From NCBI GenBank assembly GCA_963823665.1, contig CAWGMQ010000005.1, forward strand, positions 960,001 to 1,024,000: a stretch of 64,000 bases of DNA, given 5' to 3'. The notes under the pieces are model-generated. The model made no database searches and was not told the origin of the DNA. It worked only from the letters and a program-made list of their open reading frames with translations. The position numbers and the translations under genes were made by a program. The stretch comes from an uncultured Planctomycetota bacterium. Lineage in GTDB: Bacteria; Planctomycetota; Planctomycetia; Isosphaerales; Isosphaeraceae. The first letter of the stretch is position 1; each line of letters opens with the position of its first letter. Shown here piece after piece: positions 32,645 to 42,833 of the stretch.

Positions 32645-34762
32645 ATGACGGAAGAAGTGATCGATCCAGGTTTGCTCGAGCAAACGAAGAATCAAATCCG
32701 AAAGCTGGTCGCCGAGATCGCCGACCTGGCGGAATCGGACATTCAACCCAACGAATTCTACGTTGAGTTCCTGAACCGGGCCGTGGCGGCGGTGGCCGCC
32801 AGCGGCGGTGCGTTCTGGATGCTGGACGGCCGGGGCGGCTTGAGACTGCAGTATCAGGTCGAGTTCGCCATTACCGGAATGATGGACGGCCGCGTCAAGA
32901 CCGCGCCACACGATGCACTGCTCGGGGCCATGCTCCAGGCGACACAGGCCCAGAACATCCCGCCCAACGCGGTGATCGAGGGTATGCCACAGGCGTTCAA
33001 CCCGACCGACCTGGCTCTCATCATCGCCCCGCTCATGGTGGACAAGCAGGTTGTCGGCCTGCTCGAGATCTTGATGGACCCCACCCGGCGTGCTGCGCAG
33101 CAGAAGAGCACGCTTCGGTTTGTCAGCGACCTGTGCGACCTGGCGGCAACCTATTTGAAGAACCGCCAGATGCGGCAGATGATGTCGCAGCAGCGGCTCT
33201 GGAATCAGCTTGAAGGGTTCACCCACCAGATCCACGGCTCGCTCGATCTCAAGGAGACGTCGTACTCGGTGGTCAACGACGGCAAGCGGCTGGTCGGGTG
33301 CGACCGGCTTTCGGTCGCGCTGAAGATCTCCGGCAGGACGATGGTCGAGGCCATCAGCGGCCAGGAAATCGTCGAGCAGCGATCCAATCTGATCCGCGAG
33401 CTGACCAGGCTTTGCAAGGTCGTGATTCGATCGGGAGAAGACCTGGTCTACACCGGCAACACCGAAGGTTGTGCGCCTGATATCCGCGACGCACTGGAGA
33501 TGTACGTCGACGAGTCGGGCTCCAAGGTCGTGGTGATCACGCTTTTGCACAAGCCCGATGAGGATAAGGAAAAGGGGACCGACAACAAGAGTCGTGAAAA
33601 GATTCCCTTCGGCTGCCTGGTCTCCGAGCAGATCGGCGACGAGCTGGCGCCGACGGACATGCACGCTCGCACCGAGGTGGTTTCAAGGCACGCGTCGACC
33701 GCGCTCTGGAACGCACAGGAACATCACAAGATCTTCATGAAGCCCGTGTTGAAAGCCATGGGCTCGCCCTGGCGGATGTTTCGCGGCCGCACGCTGGCCA
33801 AGATCGGCGCCGTGCTCGGGGCCATTCTGGTGTTCGTGATGTGCATGGCATTCATTCCGTGCACGCTCACGATCGAGGGCCATGGCTCGCTGCTGCCGGA
33901 AGACCGGCACAAGATCTACGCGCCGGTGGCCGGGATCGTTGCCGCGGTGCCCCTGGACCACGACGAGCGAGTGCACAAGGGAGACATCGTCGTCAAACTC
34001 GACAGCAAGGACCTGCAGAAAGAGCTGAACGGCTTGATCGGCGAGCGGCAGAAGGCCGAGAGCCAGATCGGGTCTCTGAGCCAGCAGGTCCAGAAGCTGC
34101 GGTCGGGCCAGGACTCCGCGGATTTGATTCAAGTGCAGGCGCAACTGGCCGAGGCCAAGATCACGGCCAAGAGCACCAAGGCGCGCATCGAGATCGTGGA
34201 GGAGCAGCTCGAGTCGATGAACGTTCGCTCGCCGCAGGACGGAATCATCACGACGTGGGAAGCGCGTAAGAACTTGATGGGCCGCCCGGTCGAGATCGGC
34301 ACCGAGGTGCTCCAGATTGCCGCGACCGACGGCGAGTGGATCCTCGAAGTCGAAGTTCCGGACGACGACATGGGCCCGGTCCTGGCCGCCCAGAGCGATC
34401 TCGAGGCCGATATCCGAGAGAACCGAAAGAAGCCGGGAACGACATTGCCGGCCTTTTTCGTGACGATGACCGACCCCGAGCATCGCTACCAGGGTTACGT
34501 GATCCGGGTCGCGCCCAGCGCCGAGACGATGGCGGAATCAGAGCAATACAAGAACCGGCACATCGTCAAGGTGACCGTCGGCTTCAGCGAGGCCGTGCGG
34601 CAAGACTATCTGGCGCGCAACAACATCAAAGAGATGCGTCCGGGTGCGGAAGTCCGGGCGCGGGTCAATTGCGGACGGACCAACCTGGCTTACTACCTCC
34701 TCCGCAAGCCGATCCAGGTCTTCTACGAGTCTGTCCTGTTCCGCTGGCCGTTCCTGAGCTGA
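32645..34762 (+). CDS. GAF-domain / HlyD-family membrane fusion protein
   Basis: N-terminal GAF-like regions (LIIAPLMVDKQVVGLLEI; GCDRLSV), one TM, biotinyl-lipoyl halves IYAPVAGIV...VHKGD and VRSPQDGII around a coiled coil. Confidence 0.88.
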   Translation: MTEEVIDPGLLEQTKNQIRKLVAEIADLAESDIQPNEFYVEFLNRAVAAVAASGGAFWMLDGRGGLRLQYQVEFAITGMMDGRVKTAPHDALLGAMLQATQAQNIPPNAVIEGMPQAFNPTDLALIIAPLMVDKQVVGLLEILMDPTRRAAQQKSTLRFVSDLCDLAATYLKNRQMRQMMSQQRLWNQLEGFTHQIHGSLDLKETSYSVVNDGKRLVGCDRLSVALKISGRTMVEAISGQEIVEQRSNLIRELTRLCKVVIRSGEDLVYTGNTEGCAPDIRDALEMYVDESGSKVVVITLLHKPDEDKEKGTDNKSREKIPFGCLVSEQIGDELAPTDMHARTEVVSRHASTALWNAQEHHKIFMKPVLKAMGSPWRMFRGRTLAKIGAVLGAILVFVMCMAFIPCTLTIEGHGSLLPEDRHKIYAPVAGIVAAVPLDHDERVHKGDIVVKLDSKDLQKELNGLIGERQKAESQIGSLSQQVQKLRSGQDSADLIQVQAQLAEAKITAKSTKARIEIVEEQLESMNVRSPQDGIITTWEARKNLMGRPVEIGTEVLQIAATDGEWILEVEVPDDDMGPVLAAQSDLEADIRENRKKPGTTLPAFFVTMTDPEHRYQGYVIRVAPSAETMAESEQYKNRHIVKVTVGFSEAVRQDYLARNNIKEMRPGAEVRARVNCGRTNLAYYLLRKPIQVFYESVLFRWPFLS

Positions 34763-34883
34763 GCCGCGCGGGTCTGTTCTGTCTGCTCAACCCAGCCGGG
34801 CGGCCGGATTCGAATATCGTGTTGACCAAAGAAGCCGGGCGCGGCCCGGCAACCAATCGAAGGCGAGGAGGCTCGTTACCACA

Positions 34884-35844
34884 ATGATTATCCCCAAAAC
34901 GATCGCCGCCATGGGCGCCGGCTGCCTGATTTTATTGGGCGCCGTCGCACTGGCCCAGACCGGCGGAGACGACCCGCGCCGAAACGGGAACGTGCAGCCG
35001 CTGGTCCTCGAGGAGCTGGCGCGAATTGACTGGATCGAGAAATCGAGCGTCGCCGCTCTGCGCGAGGGCGTGATCGAGAGCATGGAGCTTCAGATCGGCA
35101 TGCCGGTCAAAAAGAACGGTGTCATCGGCGTCTTGCATCATGAAATCGCCGAGCTCACTGTGAAGAAGAATGCCCTTCAGGCCAAGGCCATCGCGCCGGA
35201 AGAAAAGGCGCGGGCTCAAAAGGAAGTGGCCATCTCAGTCGTCGCTCGCAACACCCGGCTCAACGATCGACAGCCCGGCATGGTCTCGGCTGAAGATGTG
35301 GCCAAAGCCGAGGGCGACTTGAAAGTTGCCGAAGCCCAGATCAAGGAAGCCCAGGAGAACCGCGCGATCGCCGGGGCCGAGCTCGAGCCTCGCCAAGCGG
35401 ACGCTGGACGAGCACACGATGGTGGCGCCCTTCGACGGAATCGTCTTGAGCCGCAAGAAGAATCCCGGCGAAAGCGTGCGGGCCAACGACACGGTGATCG
35501 AGCTGGGCGACCTGCGCCGACTGGTAGCCGAAGCTTATGTGCCGCTTGACTACGCCTTCCGCGTGAAGGAAGGCCAGGTCGTCGAGATCCAGCCGCGGCT
35601 TCGCTCCTCCGGACGCGGAGAGCCGCTGCCGATCGAGAAGAAGCGATTCCGAGGCAAGATCACGTACGTTGACCCCCAGATCCAGCCCGTGGCCGAGAAC
35701 GCCGTGCGGATTCGCGCGGAATTCGAGAACCCTGGCGACCTGCGTCCGGGACTGATGGTTCAGATGACCATCTACCTGGCGCCGGCGGTTGCCGGCAATG
35801 CTCCCGCGGAGAACCCGCCGACCCGGACGGCGCGCGCCCAGTAA
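34884..35844 (+). CDS. HlyD/RND periplasmic adaptor with signal peptide, +1 frameshift near 35388
   Basis: Signal peptide, VAALREGVIE, coiled coil; the shifted frame gives LAKRTLDEHTMVAPFDGIV...GKITYVDP...LRPGLMV. Confidence 0.85.
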
Positions 35845-35932
35845 TTAATCACGGCGAAGAGGGGGGAGAGGCCCTCGGGTTTTTCGGCCCCCCGCCATTC
35901 GATTGGAACAGAATCAATAGGGTTGTCGATCC

Positions 35933-38116
35933 ATGAGTGCTGCTCCCACCCTGGCCCCCACGCTCCCCTTCGGGCAGGCCGCCGAACATCTGGTGGTCAA
36001 GCTCCGACCCGATCTGGTCGTGCAGCCCCAGTTCTATGAGGGCATGACCCACTACGTGGTCAAGGACCCACTGGCGCTCAAGTACTTTCGATTCAAGATC
36101 GAGGAGTACTACCTGCTCGAGCAGTTCGACGGCAAGCTCACGCTTCAGGAGGTGAAGAAGGCCTTCGAGCGGAAGTATCGCCCCCAGACGATCTCGATCG
36201 AAGACTTGACACGGTTCGTCGCGCAGCTTCACGAAGCGGGCATCGTGCAGATCGACAGCGGCGAGCAGGCCAAGGTGCTGATTCGCCGCCGCAAGAAGAA
36301 CCGCTGGCGGAAGGTCTGGGCGTTCCTGGCGAACATCCTCTTCATCAAGATCCCGATCATCGATCCCGAGCGTCTGCTGACGAAGATGTACCCGTACTTC
36401 CGCTGGATCTTCACGCGGACGTTCGTCACGCTCAGCACGTGTTCGATGCTGCTGGCGCTTGGCCTGGTCGTCAGCCAGTGGAAGACGTTCTACGACAAGC
36501 TGCCGGATTTCCAGAGCTTCTTCAACTGGTGGACCATCATGAGCTTCTGGGTCTGCCTGGCCTGCGTGAAGATCATTCACGAATTCGGCCATGGGCTGAC
36601 CGCCAAGCATTTCGGGGGCGAGGTCCACGAGATGGGGATCCTGTTCCTGGTGCTCACCCCCGCGCTTTATTGCGACGTCACCGATAGCTGGCTCTTGCCC
36701 AACAAGTGGAAGCGAATCTGGATCTCGGCGGCGGGCATCTACGTTGAGTGCTTTCTGGCGAGCATCGCGACCTTTGTCTGGTGGTACAGCACACCCGGGC
36801 TCTTGAACAGTCTCGCGATGGCGACGATGTTCATCTGCTCGGTGAATACCATCATGTTCAACGCTAATCCCCTGCTCCGGTATGACGGCTACTACGTGAT
36901 GGCCGATTGGCTCGAGATTCCCAACCTGCGGATCAAGAGCACGCAGTTCTTCGCCTACTTGATTCAGGAGAAGGTGCTGGGACTGGAAATTCCCGTGCAG
37001 AGCTACATGCCCAAGTCGCGGCGGCTCTTGTTCGTCACGTACTCGGTGGCCAGCTACATCTATCGCTGGTTCGTCACCTTCGCCATTCTGTGGTTCCTGT
37101 CGCAGGTCTTGAAGCCATACAAGCTCGAATCGGTCAGCTACTTACTTGCAACCGGCGCACTCGTACCCTTGTTGGGCATGCCGGTTTATCAGATCGGCAA
37201 GTTCCTTCGAACGCCCGGGAGGTTGCGCAAAGTGAAAAAGGCACGTGCGGCCGCCTATGCGGCGGCGGCGATCGCACTCGTCGTCGGGATCCTCTTGATC
37301 CCGACACCACTACGAATCGACGGCACGCTGGTGCTCAAGCTCGAGAAACCTGAAGAGATCTACGCCGAAGTCGAGGGCCAGCTCATGGAGCTGAAGATCC
37401 GCGACGGCGAGTGGATCGAGAAAGACGGGCTGATCGCGAAGCTCAAGAATCCGGCCAAGGAGAAGGAGCTGCACGAGCGTCAGCAGGACCACGACATTGC
37501 ATGGAGCAAGGCGCAGTGGTACCGCACGAGCCCCGAGCGCGAGAATCGCGCTCAGGCCGTAACGCAGGAAGAATTCGCCGCCAAGATGGAGACCACGATC
37601 GAAAAAATCAACCAGCAGCTCGGCAAGCTGACCTTGATAAGCAATCGAGGCGGCCGGGTGGTGGGCTTACCGCACAGGGAAACGGTCGGGCAGTGGGTCA
37701 AGCCGGGCAAGCCGTTCTGCGAGGTCGGCGACCTTCAGAAGCTGGAAGCTCACCTGATCGTGGACCAGTCGGACATCCACCTGATCAAGCCCGGCGACAC
37801 CGCCTGGATCAAGATCTACGGCCGTGCCGAGCGGACGATCAAGAGCAAGGTTTCCGCAATCGCCAAGCGCAGCAGCGACGAGGTGCCGACCGAGCTCTCG
37901 AATCTCGCCAACGGCGAAGTGGCCTCCAAGCCGGACCCGAAGACCGGCACCGCCCATCCGCTGACGGCGGTTTACGAAGTGATCATTCCGGTCGACAACG
38001 CCGACATGAAGTTCGAGCCCGGCCTCCGCGGCCATGCCAAGATCCACGGCGGCCACTACACGCTGGCCTGGTGGCTGGTGCGCTGGTGGAACAAGATGTT
38101 TAACTTCCAGCTCTAG
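35933..38116 (+). CDS. PqqD/RRE-like + M50 (site-2) metalloprotease + HlyD-like fusion protein
   Basis: N-terminal YVVKDP...YFRF...LLEQFDGKLTLQEV winged-helix pattern; HEFGH zinc motif; NANPLLRYDG; multiple TMs; C-terminal adaptor (IYAEVEGQL...DGEWIEKD...FEPGLRG). Confidence 0.9.
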   Translation: MSAAPTLAPTLPFGQAAEHLVVKLRPDLVVQPQFYEGMTHYVVKDPLALKYFRFKIEEYYLLEQFDGKLTLQEVKKAFERKYRPQTISIEDLTRFVAQLHEAGIVQIDSGEQAKVLIRRRKKNRWRKVWAFLANILFIKIPIIDPERLLTKMYPYFRWIFTRTFVTLSTCSMLLALGLVVSQWKTFYDKLPDFQSFFNWWTIMSFWVCLACVKIIHEFGHGLTAKHFGGEVHEMGILFLVLTPALYCDVTDSWLLPNKWKRIWISAAGIYVECFLASIATFVWWYSTPGLLNSLAMATMFICSVNTIMFNANPLLRYDGYYVMADWLEIPNLRIKSTQFFAYLIQEKVLGLEIPVQSYMPKSRRLLFVTYSVASYIYRWFVTFAILWFLSQVLKPYKLESVSYLLATGALVPLLGMPVYQIGKFLRTPGRLRKVKKARAAAYAAAAIALVVGILLIPTPLRIDGTLVLKLEKPEEIYAEVEGQLMELKIRDGEWIEKDGLIAKLKNPAKEKELHERQQDHDIAWSKAQWYRTSPERENRAQAVTQEEFAAKMETTIEKINQQLGKLTLISNRGGRVVGLPHRETVGQWVKPGKPFCEVGDLQKLEAHLIVDQSDIHLIKPGDTAWIKIYGRAERTIKSKVSAIAKRSSDEVPTELSNLANGEVASKPDPKTGTAHPLTAVYEVIIPVDNADMKFEPGLRGHAKIHGGHYTLAWWLVRWWNKMFNFQL

Positions 38117-39729
38117 GCCGACAGCGCGGTCAAAAGCTTGTTGCCGTCAACGGCGCCGAGCCCGGTGCAGGCATCCCAGCCGGGGCCGGCGGAGTAGGCG
38201 CCGTTGTTTCCGCTCGTGATGTCGCGAAAGACTCCGCCGGCGGGCGGCAGGGCGTAGAGCGTGGGATTCAAGAAGCCGGCGGGCTTGGACAGGGCCTGGT
38301 TCAAGCAGGCGACCAGACCCGCCCACAACGGAGCGACTGCGCTCGTGCCGCCGATCACCGTGTCTTCGCCGTCGACACGCACTGAGTAGCCTGTCGCCGG
38401 ATCGGCGTCGGCAGCCACATCGGGAACGCCTCGGCCGACGTTTTTGCTCGGGTTGGCCGAGGGCGGCACGCCGGCGCTCTCCTGGTAGGTTGGCAGCGGG
38501 AATGAATCGCTGATGCCGCCGCCGGTTGCGCCGTCACCGGGCTCGTTCCAGACGACCTCGCTCGAGATTTCCGTCAGGCTGGCGTTCAATCGGGTGCCGC
38601 CGCAGGCGAGCACGTTGGGGCTTGAGGCGGGGAAGTCGACGTGCGCCTGGCCGTCGTCAACGCCATCGCTTGAGCCGTTGTCACCGGCCGCGACGGTAAC
38701 GGTGATGCCGAGCGCCGCGGCGGCCTGAAACGCTTGATCGAACTGCTCGATTGCCTGGGCGGTCCAGGTTGATTCCGGCCCGCCCCAACTGATCGAGATG
38801 ACCGACGGCTTGTTCACCGTATCGTGCACGGCCTGGGTGACCGCATCCAGGAAACCTTGCGACGTGTTGGGCGTAAAATAGACGACGATCTTCGCCCCGG
38901 GCGCAACGGCGCCGGCGACTTCGATGTCGAGCATCACCTCGCCATCGGGCCCGTCCGCGCTTCGCGTCGGCGTGTTTCTCGCGTGGTCAACGGAAACGCT
39001 CGTAACCGTGGGAGCAGAAGCCAGTCCCAGAGAAGAGAAGTAGTCGGCGAGATCGGATGTGGTGAAGCCGCCCCCGAGCTCGATGATCGCGATGCATTGG
39101 CCGGTTCCGTTCAGATTGGCTGGGAAATCGTAGAGCTTGGCGAGCTGGATTGGGGTGAACTGGGAGTTGGCGGACGGGGCAGCGGCGGCGGCGCCCGGGG
39201 CGGGGCTCGCTGCGAGGGGGCGGCGCACGCGGAAATGCGGCTTGGCCTGGGGACGGTTGTCGAGACCAAACACGCCGACGACGATGCCTTCGAGCTCGGA
39301 CGGGATCATGATCGGTCCGGTGCGGCCGCGGTAGGTGCCGCCGCTTGGATGGTCATATTCCGCGAGCTCCACACCGAAGGCCTCGCTCAGCGTCTGAACC
39401 GTTCCCGAAAGCCAAACGCTACGGCGGGCCGGGCTCGATTGCAGCATCACGAGGTCGTGGGCCTGCGCGAATTCGGCGACCTTGGCGATATCTTCGGCCG
39501 AAGCGCCGTGGTTTGTCACGTATTCGTCGTGCGTCAAGTAGCGGCGATTCTTGTGGGAAAGGGGGATCGTCGCTTCCGCGTGAGTTTCGGGGGAGATTCC
39601 CGTACGGGGACGCAGCCGAAGCGTCACCTCGATTTGCTGGTCGGGATGCACCGCTCCGAGCCTCCGCGAGCCGCGGATGGCGAGACGATGACTTCCTTGA
39701 AGGGGAACTCGTTGCGTTTGCGTTGGCAT
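38113..39729 (-). CDS. S53 family (kumamolisin/sedolisin) serine peptidase with prodomain
   Basis: DGEVMLDIEV (ExxxD), SISWG, AAGDNG, GRGVPDVAA, GGTSAVAP, GWDACTGLG. Confidence 0.95.
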   Translation of the reverse strand: MPTQTQRVPLQGSHRLAIRGSRRLGAVHPDQQIEVTLRLRPRTGISPETHAEATIPLSHKNRRYLTHDEYVTNHGASAEDIAKVAEFAQAHDLVMLQSSPARRSVWLSGTVQTLSEAFGVELAEYDHPSGGTYRGRTGPIMIPSELEGIVVGVFGLDNRPQAKPHFRVRRPLAASPAPGAAAAAPSANSQFTPIQLAKLYDFPANLNGTGQCIAIIELGGGFTTSDLADYFSSLGLASAPTVTSVSVDHARNTPTRSADGPDGEVMLDIEVAGAVAPGAKIVVYFTPNTSQGFLDAVTQAVHDTVNKPSVISISWGGPESTWTAQAIEQFDQAFQAAAALGITVTVAAGDNGSSDGVDDGQAHVDFPASSPNVLACGGTRLNASLTEISSEVVWNEPGDGATGGGISDSFPLPTYQESAGVPPSANPSKNVGRGVPDVAADADPATGYSVRVDGEDTVIGGTSAVAPLWAGLVACLNQALSKPAGFLNPTLYALPPAGGVFRDITSGNNGAYSAGPGWDACTGLGAVDGNKLLTALSA

Positions 39730-39897
39730 GAATTGGCTCCTCTCTGGGATTGGGGCGTCAGTTTACATCGGACGAACGTCCCGGCCAAGGAGGTGGCCGG
39801 AGCAAGATCTCGGCGGGGGAAAAAGGCTTGACGATCCGAGGCAGGGCTCACACGATGAGACCGCTTCTCCACCGTCGACTAAAGGAAAGGCCGCAGA

Positions 39898-40941
39898 TTG
39901 GATCAGCCAGCTCACGAGACGCCCGCCGCGACGGCGCACGGCAGCCGCGTTCTGGTTACCGGGGCGACTGGTTTGCTCGGCAGCCATCTGGCGGAACGGC
40001 TGATCGCCTCGGGCGATCACGTCCGGGCACTTGTTCGCACGGGGAGCCGGACGGATTTTCTTGATGCGCTGGGGGTTGAAATCGTGCGCGGTGATCTGAC
40101 CGATCCCGCGGCGTGCGCGAGTGCTCTGGCCGGAGCGGAGCTCGTTTTCCATTGCGCAGCGAAGGTTGGCGATTGGGGTGCGTGGCGCGAGTTTCAGACG
40201 GGCTGCCTGGATGCGACCGAAACGCTCGCCCGGGCTGCCATGGGCGCGGGGGCCGGCCGCTTTCTTCATATCAGCTCAACCAGCGCGTATGGCCACCCTG
40301 CGCCGGGCCCTGCACCGATTGATGAAACGGCGCCACTCGGCGAGAACATCTGGATTCTCGACCATTACACGCGCAGCAAGGTCGAATGCGAGCGTTTGCT
40401 CTGGCGAATGGCCGAGCGAGAAGGGCTGCCACTGACCGTGATTCGTCCGAGCTGGCTCTTTGGTGAGCGGGATCGCACGACCGTGCCGCGATTTCTCCGC
40501 GAATTTCGACGAGGGCGCATGTTGATCGTGGGCAAAGGCGACAATCCTCTCAGTGCCGTCTACGCTGGAGTCGTCGCGGAGGCGGCGATCCTGGCGGCGC
40601 GCGACGCGGGGTCGCGCGGCGAAGCTTACAACATCACGAGCCAGGGGCGCATCACCCAGCAGGAATTCATCGACATGTTTGCCGATGCGCTCGGGTTTCC
40701 GCGAGTGACCCGGCACGTCCCTTACGCATTCGCTTATGCAGGGGGATTCGTGCTCGAAGCGCAGGGACGGTTGCTGCGTCGCGCGCGACCGCCGCGAGTG
40801 ACGCGCTATGGGGCGTGGCTCCTGGGACGTTATCTCGAGTACAGCACGGAGAAAGCGCGCACGCGGCTGGGGTGGAGCGCCTCGATCGGGTATGCGGAGG
40901 GTATCGAGCGGACCATTCGCTGGTTCTTGGCGGAGCCCTAG
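39898..40941 (+). CDS. NAD-dependent epimerase/dehydratase (3-beta-HSD-like extended SDR)
   Basis: VLVTGATGLLG, FHCAAKV, HISSTSAYG, YTRSK. Confidence 0.9.
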   Translation: MDQPAHETPAATAHGSRVLVTGATGLLGSHLAERLIASGDHVRALVRTGSRTDFLDALGVEIVRGDLTDPAACASALAGAELVFHCAAKVGDWGAWREFQTGCLDATETLARAAMGAGAGRFLHISSTSAYGHPAPGPAPIDETAPLGENIWILDHYTRSKVECERLLWRMAEREGLPLTVIRPSWLFGERDRTTVPRFLREFRRGRMLIVGKGDNPLSAVYAGVVAEAAILAARDAGSRGEAYNITSQGRITQQEFIDMFADALGFPRVTRHVPYAFAYAGGFVLEAQGRLLRRARPPRVTRYGAWLLGRYLEYSTEKARTRLGWSASIGYAEGIERTIRWFLAEP

Positions 40942-42668
40942 AACGGCACCGGCGATTGACCGGGGCGATTGGGGGCGGGGGCGCCTTGCGGCTGTCCGGG
41001 CGTGGCACCGGTTGGCGGGGCGCCCTTGGGGCCTTCGACGGAGAGCACGCAGCGGAAGCCGACGTGCGCCAGGCGTTTCTCGTAGGGAATACCTTCGCGG
41101 TAGGACAGGGTCCAGGATTTTGATCCGCCTTTGACGACGACGGGTAGCTCTTTCGAGCGGGGGCGGGTGCTGGGCCCGACCGGGTTCTCGACCGCGGACT
41201 TGGCGATCTGCTGAAAGTACTTCGAGTCATACCAATCCTTCGTCCATTCCTGAGCATTGCCGGCCATGTCGAAAACGCCGTAGGCGGAGACGTCTTCGGG
41301 AAAGGACATCACTTCATCGATCTGACGGACCGTTCGCGGGCGCGACCATTTGGCCGGCCCGTCGCCCCAGGGGGTGCGCCGGCTTTCGATGGATCGACCG
41401 GCCATCTCCCACTGCGCCTCGGTGGGGAGCTGCTTGCCGGCCCAGCGTGCGTAGGCGTCGGCGTCGTGAAAGTTGACGTGCGTGACGGGGAGTGTCTCGG
41501 CCTCGGCCCTTGCCTTGTCGTCGGTCAGCCATTTTCCTGCAGGTTGGCCACGGTACTGCGCTTCCTTCAGGAAAATACGGAACTGGCGGTTGGTTACTTC
41601 GTGCTGGTCGATGTAATAGGTCGAAAGCCGCACCTCGTGAGCGGGCCGTTCGGGGGGCAGGCCCTCGTTGTTGCCCATGGTGAATGGGCCGCCGGGAACG
41701 AGGACCATCGCGGCGCCGTCGCGATCGCAGGTGATCACCAGCGGCCAGCCCGACTCGTGGACACCGGCCTGAAGATTGGGCTGAAATCCGGCCGGAACAG
41801 GCCGGGCGGCGATGGCGGCTCCGGCGGGTGCAGCTCGATCGCGGACCGACGGTGGAACCACGACCATCTCCGGGGCGTTGGCCGGCAGCACGAGGGCGGC
41901 CTGCCCCTTGGCGGCCTGGCCGTCGTTCGGTTTCGCCTCGACGACCGCCTCAGGCGGAGGCGCGCTCGGGGTGGGAGCGGGAGCTTTCTTTTCGGGCACG
42001 GCGACCACGATCGGACCGGTTGCGAACAGTGGCAAGTCCTTTTCCGAGCGGTCGAGGGCGGCCAAGGCTTCGTCGGCTGTTGCCGTGCCTTTGTAGGCCG
42101 TGACGACCTTGTTCAGCATGGCGATGGCCTGATCGCTGCGCCCGTTCTTGTAAAGCTCCTCGGCCCGGTTGAACATGAAGCGGGCCTCTCCGTCCTTTGA
42201 AGGTTTGGGCTCAGGGGCACCCTGGTAGGCCGTGGAGGGGTCATCGAATGGAATGTCGATCGAGCTCGGGTCGTACAAGAACGTGCGATAGCCGATCCAG
42301 AGGACCAGGATCACACAGGTCGCCGACAATCCGCCCATGAGGAGCCGGGCCCGACGGCGCGATTCGTAAGTATCGAGGGAGGGGGTCTCTTCGCGGAGCA
42401 CCTTCTTCGAATCGGATTTCTCGCCGCTCGCCGCCGGCTCCTTCGCTGTCTTCCTTTTCTTCTTGCCGCCGGATGCTCCGGTCGTGCTCGATGCCTGCGC
42501 CGGGGCGGCGTCACTTCCTTTCTTCGAGCTTTTGGAGGAGTGACTGTCGGCCGGCTGGCCAGGAATGTCGTCTTCAGACTCGTCTGATTCGGACTTCCAG
42601 AGACGAGGCAGCGGTTTGACGGGGTTGCGCGCGGGTTTCGATGAGTCGGGTTCCTCGATCTGGGACAT
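40938..42668 (-). CDS. Membrane-anchored TPR + FGE-sulfatase (SUMF1) domain protein
   Basis: TM LLMGGLSATCVILVLWIG; TPR-like helix pair; MVLVPGGPFTMG, PAHEV, HEVTNRQF, LPTEAQWE, DMAGNAQEW, VGFRC. Confidence 0.88.
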   Translation of the reverse strand: MSQIEEPDSSKPARNPVKPLPRLWKSESDESEDDIPGQPADSHSSKSSKKGSDAAPAQASSTTGASGGKKKRKTAKEPAASGEKSDSKKVLREETPSLDTYESRRRARLLMGGLSATCVILVLWIGYRTFLYDPSSIDIPFDDPSTAYQGAPEPKPSKDGEARFMFNRAEELYKNGRSDQAIAMLNKVVTAYKGTATADEALAALDRSEKDLPLFATGPIVVAVPEKKAPAPTPSAPPPEAVVEAKPNDGQAAKGQAALVLPANAPEMVVVPPSVRDRAAPAGAAIAARPVPAGFQPNLQAGVHESGWPLVITCDRDGAAMVLVPGGPFTMGNNEGLPPERPAHEVRLSTYYIDQHEVTNRQFRIFLKEAQYRGQPAGKWLTDDKARAEAETLPVTHVNFHDADAYARWAGKQLPTEAQWEMAGRSIESRRTPWGDGPAKWSRPRTVRQIDEVMSFPEDVSAYGVFDMAGNAQEWTKDWYDSKYFQQIAKSAVENPVGPSTRPRSKELPVVVKGGSKSWTLSYREGIPYEKRLAHVGFRCVLSVEGPKGAPPTGATPGQPQGAPAPNRPGQSPVPF

Positions 42669-42833
42669 GGGGCGCACTCCCCTTTGACGAGTCAACTCGG
42701 GAACTGGAGAGATCCTCTGCCTGATCTTTCGTTTGTTCGGGCCGGGTGAGTTTAGCCTAACCCGATTACCTGATGATCGGCAAGTCGAACCCGCCGGCAC
42801 GATGAGAGTCAGAAGCAGGCAAAAATCGGGCCG

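Noticed and set aside
34797..34814. CGGGCGGCCGGATTCGAA resembles the tRNA-Pro 3' end at 28041-28059 (possible att site)
   Set aside because: Only a 14-nt exact match, on the wrong side of the tRNA for a 3'-end duplication, and the intervening genes are housekeeping; probably chance.
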